Of a stretch of DNA of 64,000 nucleotides, positions 26,901-41,366 are shown piece by piece. Source of the DNA: the human T2T-CHM13v2.0 reference genome, Homo sapiens. Under the pieces are notes generated by a model that had not been told where the DNA came from, made no database searches, and saw only the letters and a program-made list of their open reading frames with translations. The DNA is taken from NCBI RefSeq assembly GCF_009914755.1, contig NC_060927.1, one strand, 5' to 3'. The translations under genes were made by a program, and so were the position numbers. Position 1 is the stretch's first letter. Every line of letters begins with the position of its first letter.

Positions 26901-27565
26901 TTCTTTGAAAAATTAAACAAAAACAAAAATACCTTGATCTAGTCATTATTCTATCAAAAGAAAAAAAACCTACTCATTTTTCAAGGTCCCTCCATTAAAT
27001 CAACCTACTTTTCAAAATTCTCTGATATTTTCAATACCTTATCTGATGACTACAATTGGAAGAGCCAATCCCTCCACTACATTCTTCAAACACTTGTTTT
27101 GTACATTTGACATATCAGGCACTTTTCCCCCTTGGAATGTCAGGGATTGGTCTTGACACTGATATGCTTGATGTTGGAGGCAGCAAGGGCAGTGGACTAA
27201 GAAGACTGAGTAGGTTAGGAGACAGGCTCTCTAGTCTCTAGGGCACAGAATGATTGATAAGTAAAGACTTATCAAAGCAGAGGGGGACACACAGCCACTG
27301 TGTGGAAGTCTGAGCACTCATCCTGCCTCTCCTCCCAGCTCAGTGTTGCAGGGTCTAGAGAAGGCAGCTGCCAGGCACTGTCACCACTGATGAAAGGAGA
27401 AGTTGGGGGAAAAGGGTCTATTTTTCAGGACTGCCCCAGAGGCAAAGCAGCATTTTTGAATTGTTGTGGATCCTGATGACTGAGGTTTCTCTAGAAAGAA
27501 CAATTCTCTTCAACAGGATCAGACAGAAAGGGTATTTTAGACTGATTTGTATACTATCATTCTCA

Positions 27566-27912
<347 letters not shown>

Positions 27913-29932
27913 TGAAGTCATTAGATAGTAAGAAATCAACATTTTCTCTCTCCTTGTTGCCATATTCCACCTCCATGAACTTTGCTACCTCTCTTGATTA
28001 CCCTCAAACTCTCCTTTCTTTGAAAGAAGTTATCAAAAAACTTCCCTTGCCCTATTAAATGACCTGTGTATTCTAGCTCTTAAAATTTGGTGATAAAATG
28101 CCAATGTTAAAATATTTTTCATCTCTAAATATTGCTAAGAAAGAAACATGCTTGCTGTGCATTTCCCCCCACTTCTTTTTTCATCCTGCAATGAAGTGCC
28201 TTTAGCCAGCAACTTTTTCCTATCTGACAAAATTTGTCTGTAATCCATTCACTAAACATACACACCCAACATTCCTATCCTAGACTGACATTTTAGATAT
28301 CACTAACAAGAAAGAATGCCTTTATGTGTTAGGCCATTTTAAACCCCACATGCAATATACTCTGTGCTGACAAAACCAGATAGGCATTGGAATTTGCTCA
28401 AGCATAAATAACTTTATTTACATGAAAGCCTAAAATCTTAAGGTAAGTTTCTTGGCGTTTGTAGGTTCATCAGTGATGTCCAAATACTTTTAGCAAGATG
28501 GACCAGCTGGTGAGTACGGCCCACACTGTAGTTGGATGTGTGCCCCTGCTTTCAAGGCCCAGTAAAAGTCTGGAATAGTAGGCAGAGCTTGATTTATTTT
28601 TAAGGAAAAGTAAGGCCATCTGATAGATTTCCAGCTGAAAGTCAGTCAAGGCTGGAGTTTTTTGGTTCACTGAGCCCATGGCTCATGCCAATTCTTTTTA
28701 TCCCATGGCCGACTCCCAGTCTTGGCTCACAGTGCTACAGCCTTTCCCATAAGGGTAAACTGGGACATGACACAGGGAAAGAGAGGCCTTCCAGGAATTA
28801 GATGAGAAACAAAATAAAAGATCTCCCACCCCAAAATCAGGTCCCGGCTACCATTCAGTGAGGAAAATGCCCAAATCATAATACCTGATTTCCAATAAGG
28901 CAGAAAAAAAAAAAAAAAAAAGACCCACAGCCCCTCTACAGTTCATATTCAATCCAGATGTCTAGAAAACAGTAGGATTATGCTAAAAATTTGCCAAGGC
29001 AGTACCAGATGCTTATAATGGGACCATATAGAAGTTGAGGTGGAAGATGTAATGATTTTTCCAAGCTTCTCTGAAATAAGGAATGAGAACACTTTGTGAA
29101 AGTGTTGGTAGGTAACACATTTGACACTGGGAACACCTGGTTTGTGAGGGCTTTCATCACTAGCCAGCACCAGTCTTTGTGCTGGATTGAATACTTACTT
29201 CCTTTCTGGACATCTGGAGTGTAATTAAGCTCACTGCCCTCATGCTATTATTTGAAAAATCCAGGAAACAAATGGTTGAATCCTAGTTAGCCAATAAATA
29301 CGTGGCTTTGTAGTATTAGTCTCTTGGGCTTCAGTTTTACCACCAAGAATAATAATGCAGCCTGATCTGGATGAGCTGTTGTGAGGGTTCTTGTGTCAAC
29401 ATTCTGTAATCAGCACAAAGCAATAACAAGTATTTTGCCATTATAGGTGCTCTAGTGACAAGTGTGACAGCTCATTGATTTCCAGATGACTACCAGATCA
29501 AATGGTGATGCAGAGGATGACCACATAATAGTGCCTATTACCTGACTGGCATTTCTGTATACTATCTTATTTAATCCTGTGAAATAGATATGATTATCTT
29601 CTAAACTAAGACTTAGGAGTAGCTTGCCCAAGGTCACACAACAAGTAAATTGTGACCCTGGATTTAAATCTGTCTGTCTCCAGAATTCATTTTGTGTCTT
29701 TTGTTTGTATGATCATTATTGTTGTTTTGGTTAAGAAAATTCCTTTTTTGCTTGTTCTCCCCCTAAATTATACACACAGTGCAGGATAAATGTCTAAAAA
29801 TAAATCATCAATCCACAATAATTTATGATGGGACATTGGAAAAGATGCTATTTATTTTTCTTTTGTAGCCACCTCAGAGGAAGGTGGGCTATTTAAAGTA
29901 GAGAATGCATAACTGATACTTTACCCTGAATC

Positions 29933-30050
29933 AGCTCTAGAGATCTGCCGTACAATATTGTACCTATAGTTATCAATACTGTATTGTGCACTTAAAAATG
30001 TATTAAGAGGGAAGATTTCACGTTAAGTGTACTTACCACAATAAAAAAAA
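29933..30050 (+). mobile_element. L1MA-type extreme 3' end
   Basis: CTAGAGATCTGC.GTACAA...AATACTGTATTGTGCACTTAAAA...AAGAGGG.AGAT...TTACCACAATAAAAAAAA. Confidence 0.7.
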
Positions 30051-31151
30051 TATGATTTAGAAGGCTAGACCATATTCAAATCAAGTTGACATTATCGTGA
30101 CATAATATAACTAGTATGTCTTCAATTACACCAAGATCGTATGTCAGAAAAATCTGTGTGATAATGTTATGTGTATTGAAGTTAAATGTTGACTAACAAA
30201 TAATTAGTTATATATTACTAAATATATTTTATATTCTTTCAAGTGCTTTTAGATGAAATATATTTTACGGAAACTATGCAGAATATGCAAACGATGGAAT
30301 ATAAAGGATTACTCTAAGGTTTTTTTTTTTTGTAGTTAAACCATGAACAACAACAAAACAGTAGAAAGTGCATATAAGAAAAAAAGCTTTTTAAAAAATA
30401 AAGCCCTAGAGATGCAATAATTATGAAATAAACTGGGTGGGTCATATTTTGGGCTTCTGACTATGAGGCTTAACTAATCACAGTAAATCTTGCAACGTTC
30501 CCAGGAGAACTGCAATGAGTTAGATCTCAGCTGTCCAACACTGGGCTGTACGCCTCATGAGTCTCACATGCACCATTCATATGTAAAATTGCGAAAACTC
30601 TAAATTCAGCCAAATTCTTCTACTCTCCAAAAGGACTTGGGTGCAGTTCAGTCCATATTTTCAGTGACTTTTCATTTATCTTAACAGCTTCTCTCAGTTC
30701 TGGTTAATTCCTTCCTCAGGCTTGCCAGAGTCAAGTACTTCCGAGAGTCTGGCAAGTCCCATCTGTGATGAGTCACCTGCAGCGGAGAGTCTGCAGGAAG
30801 ATCAGACGGGGCTGCTCACAGGCAAGAAGACTCAGTACCCAGAAAAAGTGTCTGAATGCCTCTCTGATTCTCTCCCACACTGTGTTACTTTTCCCATTTT
30901 CTTCCACCTTACTGACTTTCAGACAATAGAGTGTTTGCGTATTTTTCTTTTTTACAGTGCTTAAAACTTAAACGAGAACCATCCTGGAATGGCTATTTAA
31001 ATAAGCAGGCAAACTGACCTGTGTTATCACAACCAAAGAGCCCTCTGAACATCTTCATTTTCTTTTGGATCCCCCATGTACCTCTACCATAAAGTTTGTC
31101 CCACCTTAGATATGAGAAAAACAATAATATAATTAAAATGTTTAAGAGAAC

Positions 31152-31308
31152 CTAGCTGAAAGTGGTCGATTTTCATGGTGCTGTTGTTGACAGGGCCGAA
31201 GATGGTGATCACAGAGATTTTCCTGGTAGCCATCTTGCAGAAACTTTCCAGATATTCATCACGTTGTTGCACATACATATTGTTCTCAGCCTTGGGAGCA
31301 GTGATCAG
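31152..31308 (-). CDS. CCDC80: CCDC80 exon 3 (157 nt; LITAPKAENN...KIDHFQL)
   Basis: Acceptor ctccag|CTG, donor TAG|gttctc. Continues the frame from exon 2 and joins exon 4 as G|AT (Asp). Confidence 0.95.
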
Positions 31309-34300
31309 CTGGAGGTGGGTGAAGACAAACAAATACTCATTTATAGTGATAGTTTCACACTGAAGCAAAACCCAAAGAGATGATTTGGAAGAGAGGGCTG
31401 GTAGTGACTGCATCTAAGCTACAAATGTTCTGCTGAACAGTTAGCATAATTAGGACCAAAAAGGGCCATTTGAAAAGGCCTCTTTTTGTCTCCAAGACAG
31501 CTTGGAGTTTTCTACTCACTTCCATTATTTACCTCCATTACTAGCCTCCACATGTCTCACTTTTCTTATTTGTGAACTCTGCAAAGGAATATTTATTTTG
31601 CAAGGCTGCTGTGAACATTACATGAATACTTGGCATGCAATAATTGTTCAATAAATGTTATTTTCCTTCCCTAATTTTGATCTTCATTATTCTCACTGGC
31701 TGATTAGATATTGGTTAATACAGTGGTTACTACTATTATTCACATTTCACAGGGTTAAGAGAGTTTCATAGCCAGGCCCTGGGCACTACGAAACATTCTG
31801 TGATTTAGAACTCTTATTAGAAAACCTTGCAGAAAGGTTTTATGATGACTTTTAGGCCTACGTTTTGTCACATAGAATATATTCACTGTCACATTCAGCC
31901 TGCACAGAGTTGGTGGTGTTTGTCTTTTGATATTGCAGTTTTCCAACAGGATGTTTTTTACTCTAAGTTTAGCCCTCTCTTTGGTTCAGACCTGGTATTT
32001 TTCACCTAGCCCTCTGTCTTTCATCCTCATCCTATGACCCCTGTCTTCTGGGGGAAAAAAAAAAGAGGAAAGACAAAGCAATCAAAAGAAATACTTTAGT
32101 CACCAGAAATCTGAGAAAATGTAATTTATTTTGGATACAGTAAGGATAACCCTACTTTTAAGAGGTCCTCTTGAATCTTTTCTCTGAGAACGTCTCACTA
32201 TTTTTATCTAACCTAATACAAAAGCTTCTCTACTCTCTTGATTAATTTAGCTGCCCTTCCCTGAGCCTTCTCCAATTTTACCAATTTTACTCAATCCTTG
32301 AGCTGAAGCTAGAACTCTGTTCCACATCCCACAAGCTAGTGGGCATAGTGCTGCTTACCTTGGAGGTGGGAGGATGTGAAATTTTATTGTGATGATGACC
32401 AGGTCTTGGTTGAGATCCTTGATCCCAAATAGATCACCAGGCTGATGTCTGCAATGAACGCTGTCTATTTGCCCTTTGTTGCATCATCACTAAGCTCAGA
32501 AGCAAACCTCTATAAATCATTTTTCTGTAAACAACTTTTTGCATTTGACTAAATACAAATTTATCAGCCAATTTTCTTGCATTTGACTACATTCAAATGT
32601 ATCAACCAACTTTCTATTTATCCGCCTAAACTTATAAACTATTTCCGATATTTATGACTATTACCTTGGCATTTTTCAGAGGGCAAATCACCAGGCTGTG
32701 TACCTCTTCCAAATATTTTATCAAAAATGGTTAATAAATCTGGTCTCAGCTTGATCCTGCTGTTTATTTTTCTCTGTCAGAGATGTCTGTATTGCTACCT
32801 GCAGGCTTTCCCTTCTAAGAATTCTCCCCGCATGACAAAATACTCTCCCTCAAGGAAATTAAACATGTTCAATAGCCTTTGAATGGAACGTTAACAAAGG
32901 TTTTCTGGGATGAAGTTTTTGTTTTGTTTTGTTTTGTTTTTCAGATCATAATTAATTTTAAATAGACATGCTTTAGTTTATTTTTCATGTGTTTCTATGC
33001 CTGCTCATACGGACATTCTGGGTAGGAAATGCTTGTTTTAGGAACATAATTTTTTAAGGGGAAAAACAAAATTTCTCCAAATTTATTCATTGATTCACAT
33101 TAGCCTTAAAACAAGATTAAAGGCAGCTATAAAAAGATGTGGTGATGGTATTTTTAGTTGCTTGGTTTGTTTTTAATTAGCTTTATGGCATCTGAAAATA
33201 TTTCTTCAGATCTTGATGGGAGCGCAGATACCAAAGTTTTATTTTAAGTTGGTATATTTTAGGTCTTTTTTTCTGACTGTTTTGTGCTCAAAACCACACT
33301 ATTCTGAAATAAATAAAATGAATGTTTAAGTAAAAACACAAAACAGTAAAAACAAAGGTAAGAGAAAGGGACTTACTGTTCATGGTTTTGGACTCCCTAT
33401 TCTAAATTAAGGATAAGCCATATTTAGAATATATTTAGAGGAGTTTCTAGGGCAAAGCTGCTTAGATGTTAGATGACAGAAAATTATCTGTTTCTGTAAC
33501 TTCAAATTCATACATAGATTCCATTTCATTCATACCATACTTTGCCATAGACCCTTACAATCTGTGGACAGATCACGGTATGACAGGATTTTAAGAGTCC
33601 TCAACCCTCCTCTAGTCTTCTCCCCCTTGTGTATATTAAGGATATCAGACAGTATGTAATCACACAGAACCTTATCCTCCCCTGTGTGGTAGGTTCTCCC
33701 ACATAGCTCTATACACAGTGGCATGAGGCCATGGATACCCAGTGGGAATCTCATTTAAATAAATAAGTGCCTCTGATGTTTATTTTCACTGCAGACCCTT
33801 TGCCCAAGAATGCCTTTAACCACCAGTGGGGTGACATTCGTTTTGCAGGACTCATTCTCTAACTTCCAGCCCTCCACGTTCTGGCCCCGGGCTCTCTTTT
33901 GCTAATGTCCTCCTATACCTCCCTTACCTGACCTCTTTACCCCCTAGAGCCAGACCCAGTCTAAATTAGGAAATGAAAGGAATCTTGGGCAGAGAGGCAT
34001 AGAGAAAGAATAATTGCAGTCAAAGTCAGGGGGCTGTCATTTCGGTCCTAGTTCAGCTCCTGGCTAGCTTGTAGCCTAAATAAATCCACTTAATCTTCTG
34101 AAGCTCAGCATTGTCATTGTTATAATGAATCAACTTTCCTGCCAACCTCATCACGTTGTGAGATCTGAGCAAAAGTAAATATATCTGTATATCTTTATAA
34201 GATCATAACATGAACTTATTACAGATTGATTTATTCTTAATAAATAAATATGTGTCCCCCAAGCACATACAGGTATGTCACCTCTGAATAATTCACCCAC

Positions 34301-37300
34301 AATCCTTCCTCTGTCTTTGCCCAAGTCACTCCTTCTACCTCAGAAACCTGCCCCCGCCCTTCTCTAAATCTCATTCTTTCTTTCAATGCATTATCCTCCT
34401 TAAAGTCTTTTCTAGCATGCAGGGATCACTTCCTCCTTTTAATTACTGTTCTTTTTGTCTGCCTCGCCCACTTGGAATTTAAGCATTTCCTTCATTTACT
34501 ATATAACTGTCACATCTCCCCAGGCAGAATGTAAGTTCCTCAGACTCTATTACTGTCCTGCAGATGGTGGGGGCATAAATGCTGGCCAACACTCCTCAGG
34601 TTATATAGATCACCCTAGTCAGAGGAGAGGAGAGGGACTCAGGAATAAAGGGGTCCCCTGGTTGTTGTGAATGTCTAGATGCAGGCTACGACTTTACCAG
34701 TTGGTGAAAACACTCTCCCTTACATTTAATCTGCTCCTCAAGTTTGCAACAGAGAAAATAGAGAAGACTGACCATCTGAACCCATTTCAGGGACTCTTTC
34801 CCTATGTTTTGACATCTCCATCCCATTCACTTTCTAGTTGGGCTGTATTTCAGACAGTGTTTAAAATGAGAACCATTTCCAGTCCCCTCTTCCTAAAAAG
34901 AGCAGCTTAGAGCTCCTCAGTAAACACTATTTTCTGTCACTTGGCCTCTTTCCAGTTTGATGGCAATAAATCAGGGCATGTATCATGAATTTAGACCTGT
35001 GTTGTATTTCTTTTTCATGGCTTCTGTTCCAACTGGTGTGTTGGCTCAATGAGCCTCAGAGGATAAGGAAGCCTGTTTGCATAAGTAAAGAGAGCAAAGA
35101 GCAATGGAAAAAAGCTAGAGGGAAGACACTTTAAGTCTGAGATTATTCAAAATACTGCGTTAGGCTCAAAATGCTAGATTTTTTTTTTACAGGATTCTGA
35201 AAAATAACTTTCAAGCTAATAGTCTGCCTTAGTACAGCAGGAAACCTTAAATTCTTTCCTAAAATTAAACCAAATAAGTAGATGGTTGTCCCAATACACA
35301 GATGTCTGAAGTAAAGTTGGAAATATGAACCCACTTGAATTACAGGAGATTCAGTCACCAAAGAATTCTTAAATTTGCACTTGAATTCATTGAATTCAGC
35401 ATTTGAGGTCCCTTGTTAATTGACAAGTGAATAGATCTCAGAGCGCAGAATGATGGCTTCTCAGCTATACTCCCCATAGTACAATGTTTTGGTGATAAGC
35501 TTACCTATAGTCTCACTATCGTCCACCTCAAACTGACACCAAGCAGATTGAAGAATTAGGTTAACTGGAATCCAATCTATTGTTTTTGACTGACTGTTTG
35601 GAAAGCCAGAGAATTGAGTGCAGAGGACTAGCTGCGTATTAAAGGCAGAAACTCCACATTTGTGCTTAGCAATCATTTACCACTTATCTGGGTGACTCAA
35701 GGTTGACAATGAATTTTTAAATGTATTTGTATTCATATGTATTAATTTTTTAAATTCATGTTTATTAACTGGCAAGATCATTCCTCAGTTTCCCCTTCAC
35801 TTTATGGCATATCCCACAGGAAGTTCATACCCAAAAGAATTCAGAAAGGGAGATTGGCCTGAATTTGAGTTTTCAACTCAAACAGATCTGAATTCTAATT
35901 CCGACTTCACCACATATTAGCTATATATCTTGGGTAACTTCAGGTTCTGTTTTCTCATGTGTAGAAAGGGGTAAATAAATCATTCCTTGAGGGATTGTTT
36001 TGAGAATTAAACCACACAGTCTTGGCAAAGTACCTTGCAGGATGTGCCCTTCTTCGTCAACAGGTTTAGAGGCAGGAGGTTTGAAAGAGTGAACACTAAT
36101 CTAAAAATAGGACACCTGGCTCCACCTGCAGCTCCTGTGAAGGCCTATAGGAAGCCATCAGCCTGTAACCCACATCATTGCTGTTAGCGTTTCTGTAATT
36201 GTTAAGTAGCAGTTATGTGATACGTCCACATCTAAAGAATGCTATAAATAAAGACAAAGCACTAAGGGTTTACAATAAATGGCAGTTAAGTACCAGGTTA
36301 CTGAAAAGCTGAGAAGATGAGCTGAAAGTCCTGCACAATTTCTTGGAATGTAAACCTGCTTTCAGTTTGAGTATACTGGGTTAAGTTAAGGCCAGTTGGA
36401 GGTAGTTGTTCTCAGCCATACTTAAACAGCTTGAGAGCACTAAGCCTTAATGAATAGTAATTGAATCACTGAGCTTCCTGAGTAACATTAGCCAAGTTTG
36501 ATGGGAAAAGTGAGTGGAAAAGGCTAAACAGCACCAACAATGTTTTTCACCCATTGGTCTCCTCTCTGGCGAAAAATTCTTTTCTCTCCATCTTTTGCTT
36601 TGGTATCATGTCTATTTCATTTGGTCTTTTCTAATCCATTCTTACTTTAGATATCATTAGCTCTGCAGAAGACACATTTCTGATATGATCATCAGTTGGG
36701 CGCACATAGGATCAAAAGTCTGAAAAGCCTTCTGTTAGTATTTTGTTTCTAATAACAAACCTGGTTCTCTCACTAGGCCAAAGAACCAACACTGCCAGGA
36801 GCAATTCCAGCTGGTTTCTGTTTTGCCTCACATGACATCAGCAGAAGCTGTCATTTGAGTTTCATTTGCTAGAAATTTATAAGCAGGGATACTGTTAAAA
36901 GCAGGATTGGCCCAGCTGGGCTTTCACATCTCCCACTAAGGGAGTGGGGAGAAGGAGGGAGAAATGAAAAGTATGACTAATATCAGGGATACACTGTGAA
37001 AACCCCCTTTTTTGACTCACAAACTAGCGGCAATGGGAAATATTTGCCAGAAGGGTGCACAATTACAATCCTGACATTTTACCCATGATTTTGTTTTTAA
37101 AACCTGACCATGAGGAACATTTTGCCTGCCCTGTTGGCTAAATGAACAGAGTTGGGTGATGTACTTTAGTGGGCTGGACAAAGTTGTAGGTACTCAGGAG
37201 GAGAGCACTGGAGCAAACCACTAATTCTTTCCCATGCCCCAGAGAGAGCAGTTTGCCCCCACAGGCTCCCTAACAGACATTCAAGTATCAGGTAGAGTTT

Positions 37301-39067
37301 TACTCTGAAATCTGATTTCTTTTTTGTTCTAATGGGAACATTCCCATTTAAATATATGTACTCTGAGAATATCCAAGCGACCTGATAACCCAAGTTTATA
37401 TAGACACATTAAGGCTCTGGTTAGATATTCCACCAATATACAGAAAATATATAACAAAACACACACAGACATACACACAAATCCTTAGAATCAACCAGAG
37501 CTAGGTTTTACTCTAATACACAGACCTACTATCAATGTAAACAGCTAAGAAAATTTGGGATATGTCCCACTCATGATAAACATCACAAAGAACTTTGCTC
37601 TGAGTAATATTTCAAATGCACATTTAAACTTTCTGAAACAACACACGATAAATGGGCACCAGAGTTCCTCTGCCCAGATTATTAACCGAAATTTAGGCTA
37701 GCTTGGAAAACCTAAAAGATCCTCTAAAAAATGCCTTGAGAAAAGAGTGTCTGTCTCTTTTGGTGGGGGAAATGCAGGGTGTGCAGTTACCTTGTGCCTT
37801 CAAGAGGATGGGTGCTGCCCTCAATGGCATGAGTTGATTCTCTCACCCAGGCATCTGAGAAAATCATTCCTGACTCACATTACCCAACATCAATTTATTG
37901 ATCTTTTACTCAGAATTAATGGTAACAATATCCTTTTCCTCCTTGACAGCCTGGAGTAAAAAGCTAGTCTTAAGATCCAGGGGTGGAAATTTTGGAGGGG
38001 CAGTAAAAGAGGGAAAGAGAAGACAAGAAGAGGAGAAGGAGCCATTTGCACATCACTGATAAAAACTGCCCTTATATTTGGCTCACTCCTGCCCGAAGCC
38101 CTCATTTGGTGGTGGCAAGTGATGGCCAAAACAGAGAGTTGCTGAGATGAATCTGTGCCTTACTCAACACGAGTGGCACAAAGAACTGCAGACCAAGGGC
38201 AAGTAGGGACAGCTTGTCTCCTTTTTCACACACTGATGCACAGGCACATGCACATACACATTTTACAGAGCCCCCGGAGAAACTGACATCTAGATTTTAA
38301 ATTCAGGTGTATCTCTAGAGTACCGGAAATTGAAGCAATTAACCCAGTTCCCCACATTCCACTCTTTGGCTCTTCCTAGTAGCTGGATAGAAATGGGAGA
38401 GGTAGGCTTTAAGGGGAGAAGATTTCTGCTAGCTCATTTTAAAAGGATCCGTGAGGGTCATACCAACAAGGACTCTTCTCTACTCTCAGTCATACCCACT
38501 CCCCACCCAGGCTGTCTTACTTTCCTCTTGGAGCACTCCAATGTTGATATAGAGCTAATTAGTGAAAGAGGGGACCTCTGCTATTGTCCCATAGACATGA
38601 TTCTAGTTCCTAAGTCAGACAGAGAGAAACCCTTTTACTAAGATGTAACTGAAGTCAATGCACTCCCTTTTAGGAATTTCATCTTTCTTTTCATCCTTTG
38701 GACTTGGTAAAAGAGAGCTTTGTCCAGAAATATCCCTTGGAAGACAGTGGTAGAAATGGGGGAAGGGTCCCTACAGGTCTAGAGGAAGCTGACTACAGGT
38801 GCTCTCCTGGGCTCATGTGTAGGGTCCCCAGCCACTGACTTTGTACCACAGGGCCATGAGTTGTGTGAGCAGAACTTCATAGGTCACTAAACCAGAAGGA
38901 GCTACTGGCCTGCTGCCCTCTTTTGCCAGACTTCTGAGCTTCTTGACACAGTACAGGTTCAGCCACAGTCTGGCATCTAGCAATATGATTTTTACAAAAC
39001 TAACAAGACAGACGTTAACATGCCCTGCCTCAGCCCATAGAAGAATGCCAAGGAGAAGGCTACTTAC

Positions 39068-40945
39068 AAGGAGTCTTCGTTTGCCTTCAAAGGACCCCAG
39101 CAGGTCGGCCACTGACTTCTTGGGACTCTGCGTGAAGTGTTTGTTGGTGGGTTTCTGATAGCCATCCTGTTCTGTTTTACCTCCTTTTTTCTTCTTGCTC
39201 TTCTCTTTCTCTTGCTTGCTCTTTTTCTCAGACTTCTTCATTTGCTTTTCACTCTTAAGTAACTTGTCTGCGTTCTCATTCTTCATCTTTTTTTTCTTCT
39301 CCTTCTCTGGTTTCTCAAGCTTTTCATGCTTTTTAGACTCCTTTGCTTTTTTAAGGGGAACATTCCCCACCTGCAGCTCGTCCTCCAGCTGAGAGGCAGT
39401 AGGCCGGCTGAGGTCATACTTCTCCTCATACTCATTACTAAGAATTTTGTCCTGGGCCTTCTTTTTGGGAGGTTTCTCCTTTGCTGGCTTGGGAGGACCT
39501 GGCACCACATTTGGGTCTCGGTGGCCATGTTCCCGCCTGTCCATGCGGTTGTCCCGGAAACGGCCTGGGCCAGCAGCCCTTGTGCTGGGTTCTGAGATGG
39601 TGGTGGGAGGGGCATTTGTGAAGCTCTCCAAGCTGGTGGCCTTGCTGGGCCTCCTGGTTGTCTGTGGCCTCTCCCTGTGCTGATCCTTCCGGGATGGAGG
39701 GTAAAGATTCTCTGAAACTGAGGGTCTCCTGGCAGTGATCACCTCAGTGGTTGTAGGGGGCCTGTGGGAGGGTGAGGGGGTCCAGGGCCTCTGCGTGGTG
39801 GGAAAGGCAGTGGTGGTCATAGGTCTTGCAGCAACTGTTACCGCCCGGGACGTGGACCGAGTCACTGTTGTGGCTGGGGCAGGAGGAAGGGTGGTGGCTC
39901 TGGGGGTTGAGGGAGGTTGGGGCAAAGCTGGTGCAGTGGCGGCCAGTTTTCTCAGGACCTTCACCCGACTCTCTCTGGTTGGTGGGACTTGTGCTCTCCT
40001 TGGGTCCTCTTTCTTCTTCTCGCTGCCCAGGCTTGGCCTTCCTGCTCCCCCTCCACCGTCATTCCCCTCCGCCACCACCTGGCCCTCTACACCAGAGGCC
40101 TTACATTTCTGGACAAAGCCCTTCTGCCTGATCTTCTCGATCCTACGGATGGGGCCTTGGTCGATGACCTCGTACATGGCTTCCAGCCTAACGGGATATG
40201 GATAGCGCTCCTCCACCTGCAGCGTCTTCTTCAGCAGCACCATGCCAAACTTGCCCTTCTCCAGCTTCAGGAAGCTCATCAGCTTAGGGATGAGGCTAGG
40301 GTCCAGGGGCTGCTCCAGGATCTGGCCCTCGCTGGTGATCCTTCTCACCTTGCCTCCTTCCTCACCTGCCTGGTGGAAGAGCACAATCTGTTGGATGTGC
40401 CTCTCCGCCAGCTCACAGTACACATCGTCCTTCAGCAGGCTCATCATGAGGCGGTAGTAGCCTTCCGAGGCATGAGGGGCTGAGATGACCCATACTCTGT
40501 TCTTCCCTGCAAAGCTGGCAAGGATGTTGGGAGAGCTGGACCCCGAAGGGAAACGCAACATTCTTGACCGAGCTGAGGACCCCTCATCTCTGATCATCTC
40601 ACGCGGAGAGCCCCTGGCTGCTGGTCTTTGCTCAGGTCTCACGGCGGCCCCATTGATGTCCGAGCGGGCTGGCGGCTCTGTTGGGCGAGCTAGTCTCAAC
40701 ACGGGCACACTCCTCCTTCTCTGGAGAGGCTGAAGGTTTGGTTCCTCCAGAGTGGATCTCTCAATTCCGCGAGACCTCCCAGTGTGCCTCAGAAACCGAG
40801 CTGGCCTACTGCTGTCCGGAGAAACCAAAGGCACTTTCCGTCCTCCGTGGCTGCCTCTAATAGTGGCATGGGGGTGGGGTTCTGATCCACACACTAGCCA
40901 CATGGCCAACAGCATAGTGAAACGGGGTCCCATTCTCCATGTCAT
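39068..40945 (-). CDS. CCDC80: CCDC80 coding exon (exon 2), codons 1-626: signal peptide, DUF4174 repeat 1, Thr/Pro mucin-like region, Lys-rich coiled coil
   Basis: ORF 38813..40978 contains MTWRMGPRFTMLLAMWLVCGSEPHP...SFEGKRRLL, recognised as CCDC80. ATG at 40945-40943. Acceptor (polypyrimidine tract ...gcaaag|TGGATTACACA ATG) places the exon start at 40956. Donor CTT|gtaagt at 39068. Coding length 1878 nt. Confidence 0.97.
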
Positions 40946-41366
40946 TGTGTAATCCACTTTGCGATGCACGGAGGTCATAAAACAAAGGGGAGGGGGAAAA
41001 AAGAAAGAAAATTATTTATCTGGAAACAGAGCTGGTCATTTTCTTTTTCTGTATCTCAGCCAAGGGGAGGGGAAAAGGTTGGTTAGAGAGAAGGAGGGAG
41101 GTCAGGAGATGGAAAATGGGATGAGATCCTGTTACTTTCAATCCCCTATAATTTGTTAGTGTTTAACAGAGACAGTTACATTAAGCAGGAAATCCAATTC
41201 AGTTTCCCAGTCAGCATGCTTGTACTGTTTCAACTAATGCTCTGGATGCTCCAAAGAAAATGCAAACTAGCATATTAATTATGACAACATTCACATTTCA
41301 TTCCTTCAAAATAAGCAATAAAGAAACAAATAAACAGATCAAAGACAGAAAAGATTACACACTTAC

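Noticed and set aside
38943-40952. Antisense and alternate-frame ORFs over exon 2 (e.g. 39917..40483, 39735..40205, 39283..39615)
   Set aside because: Shadows of a GC-rich coding exon; no recognisable domains.
40946-40978. Upstream in-frame ATG (MTSVHRKVDYT) as the CCDC80 start
   Set aside because: It lies in intron 1, between the polypyrimidine tract and the AG at 40958-40957, so it is usable only if the intron is retained.
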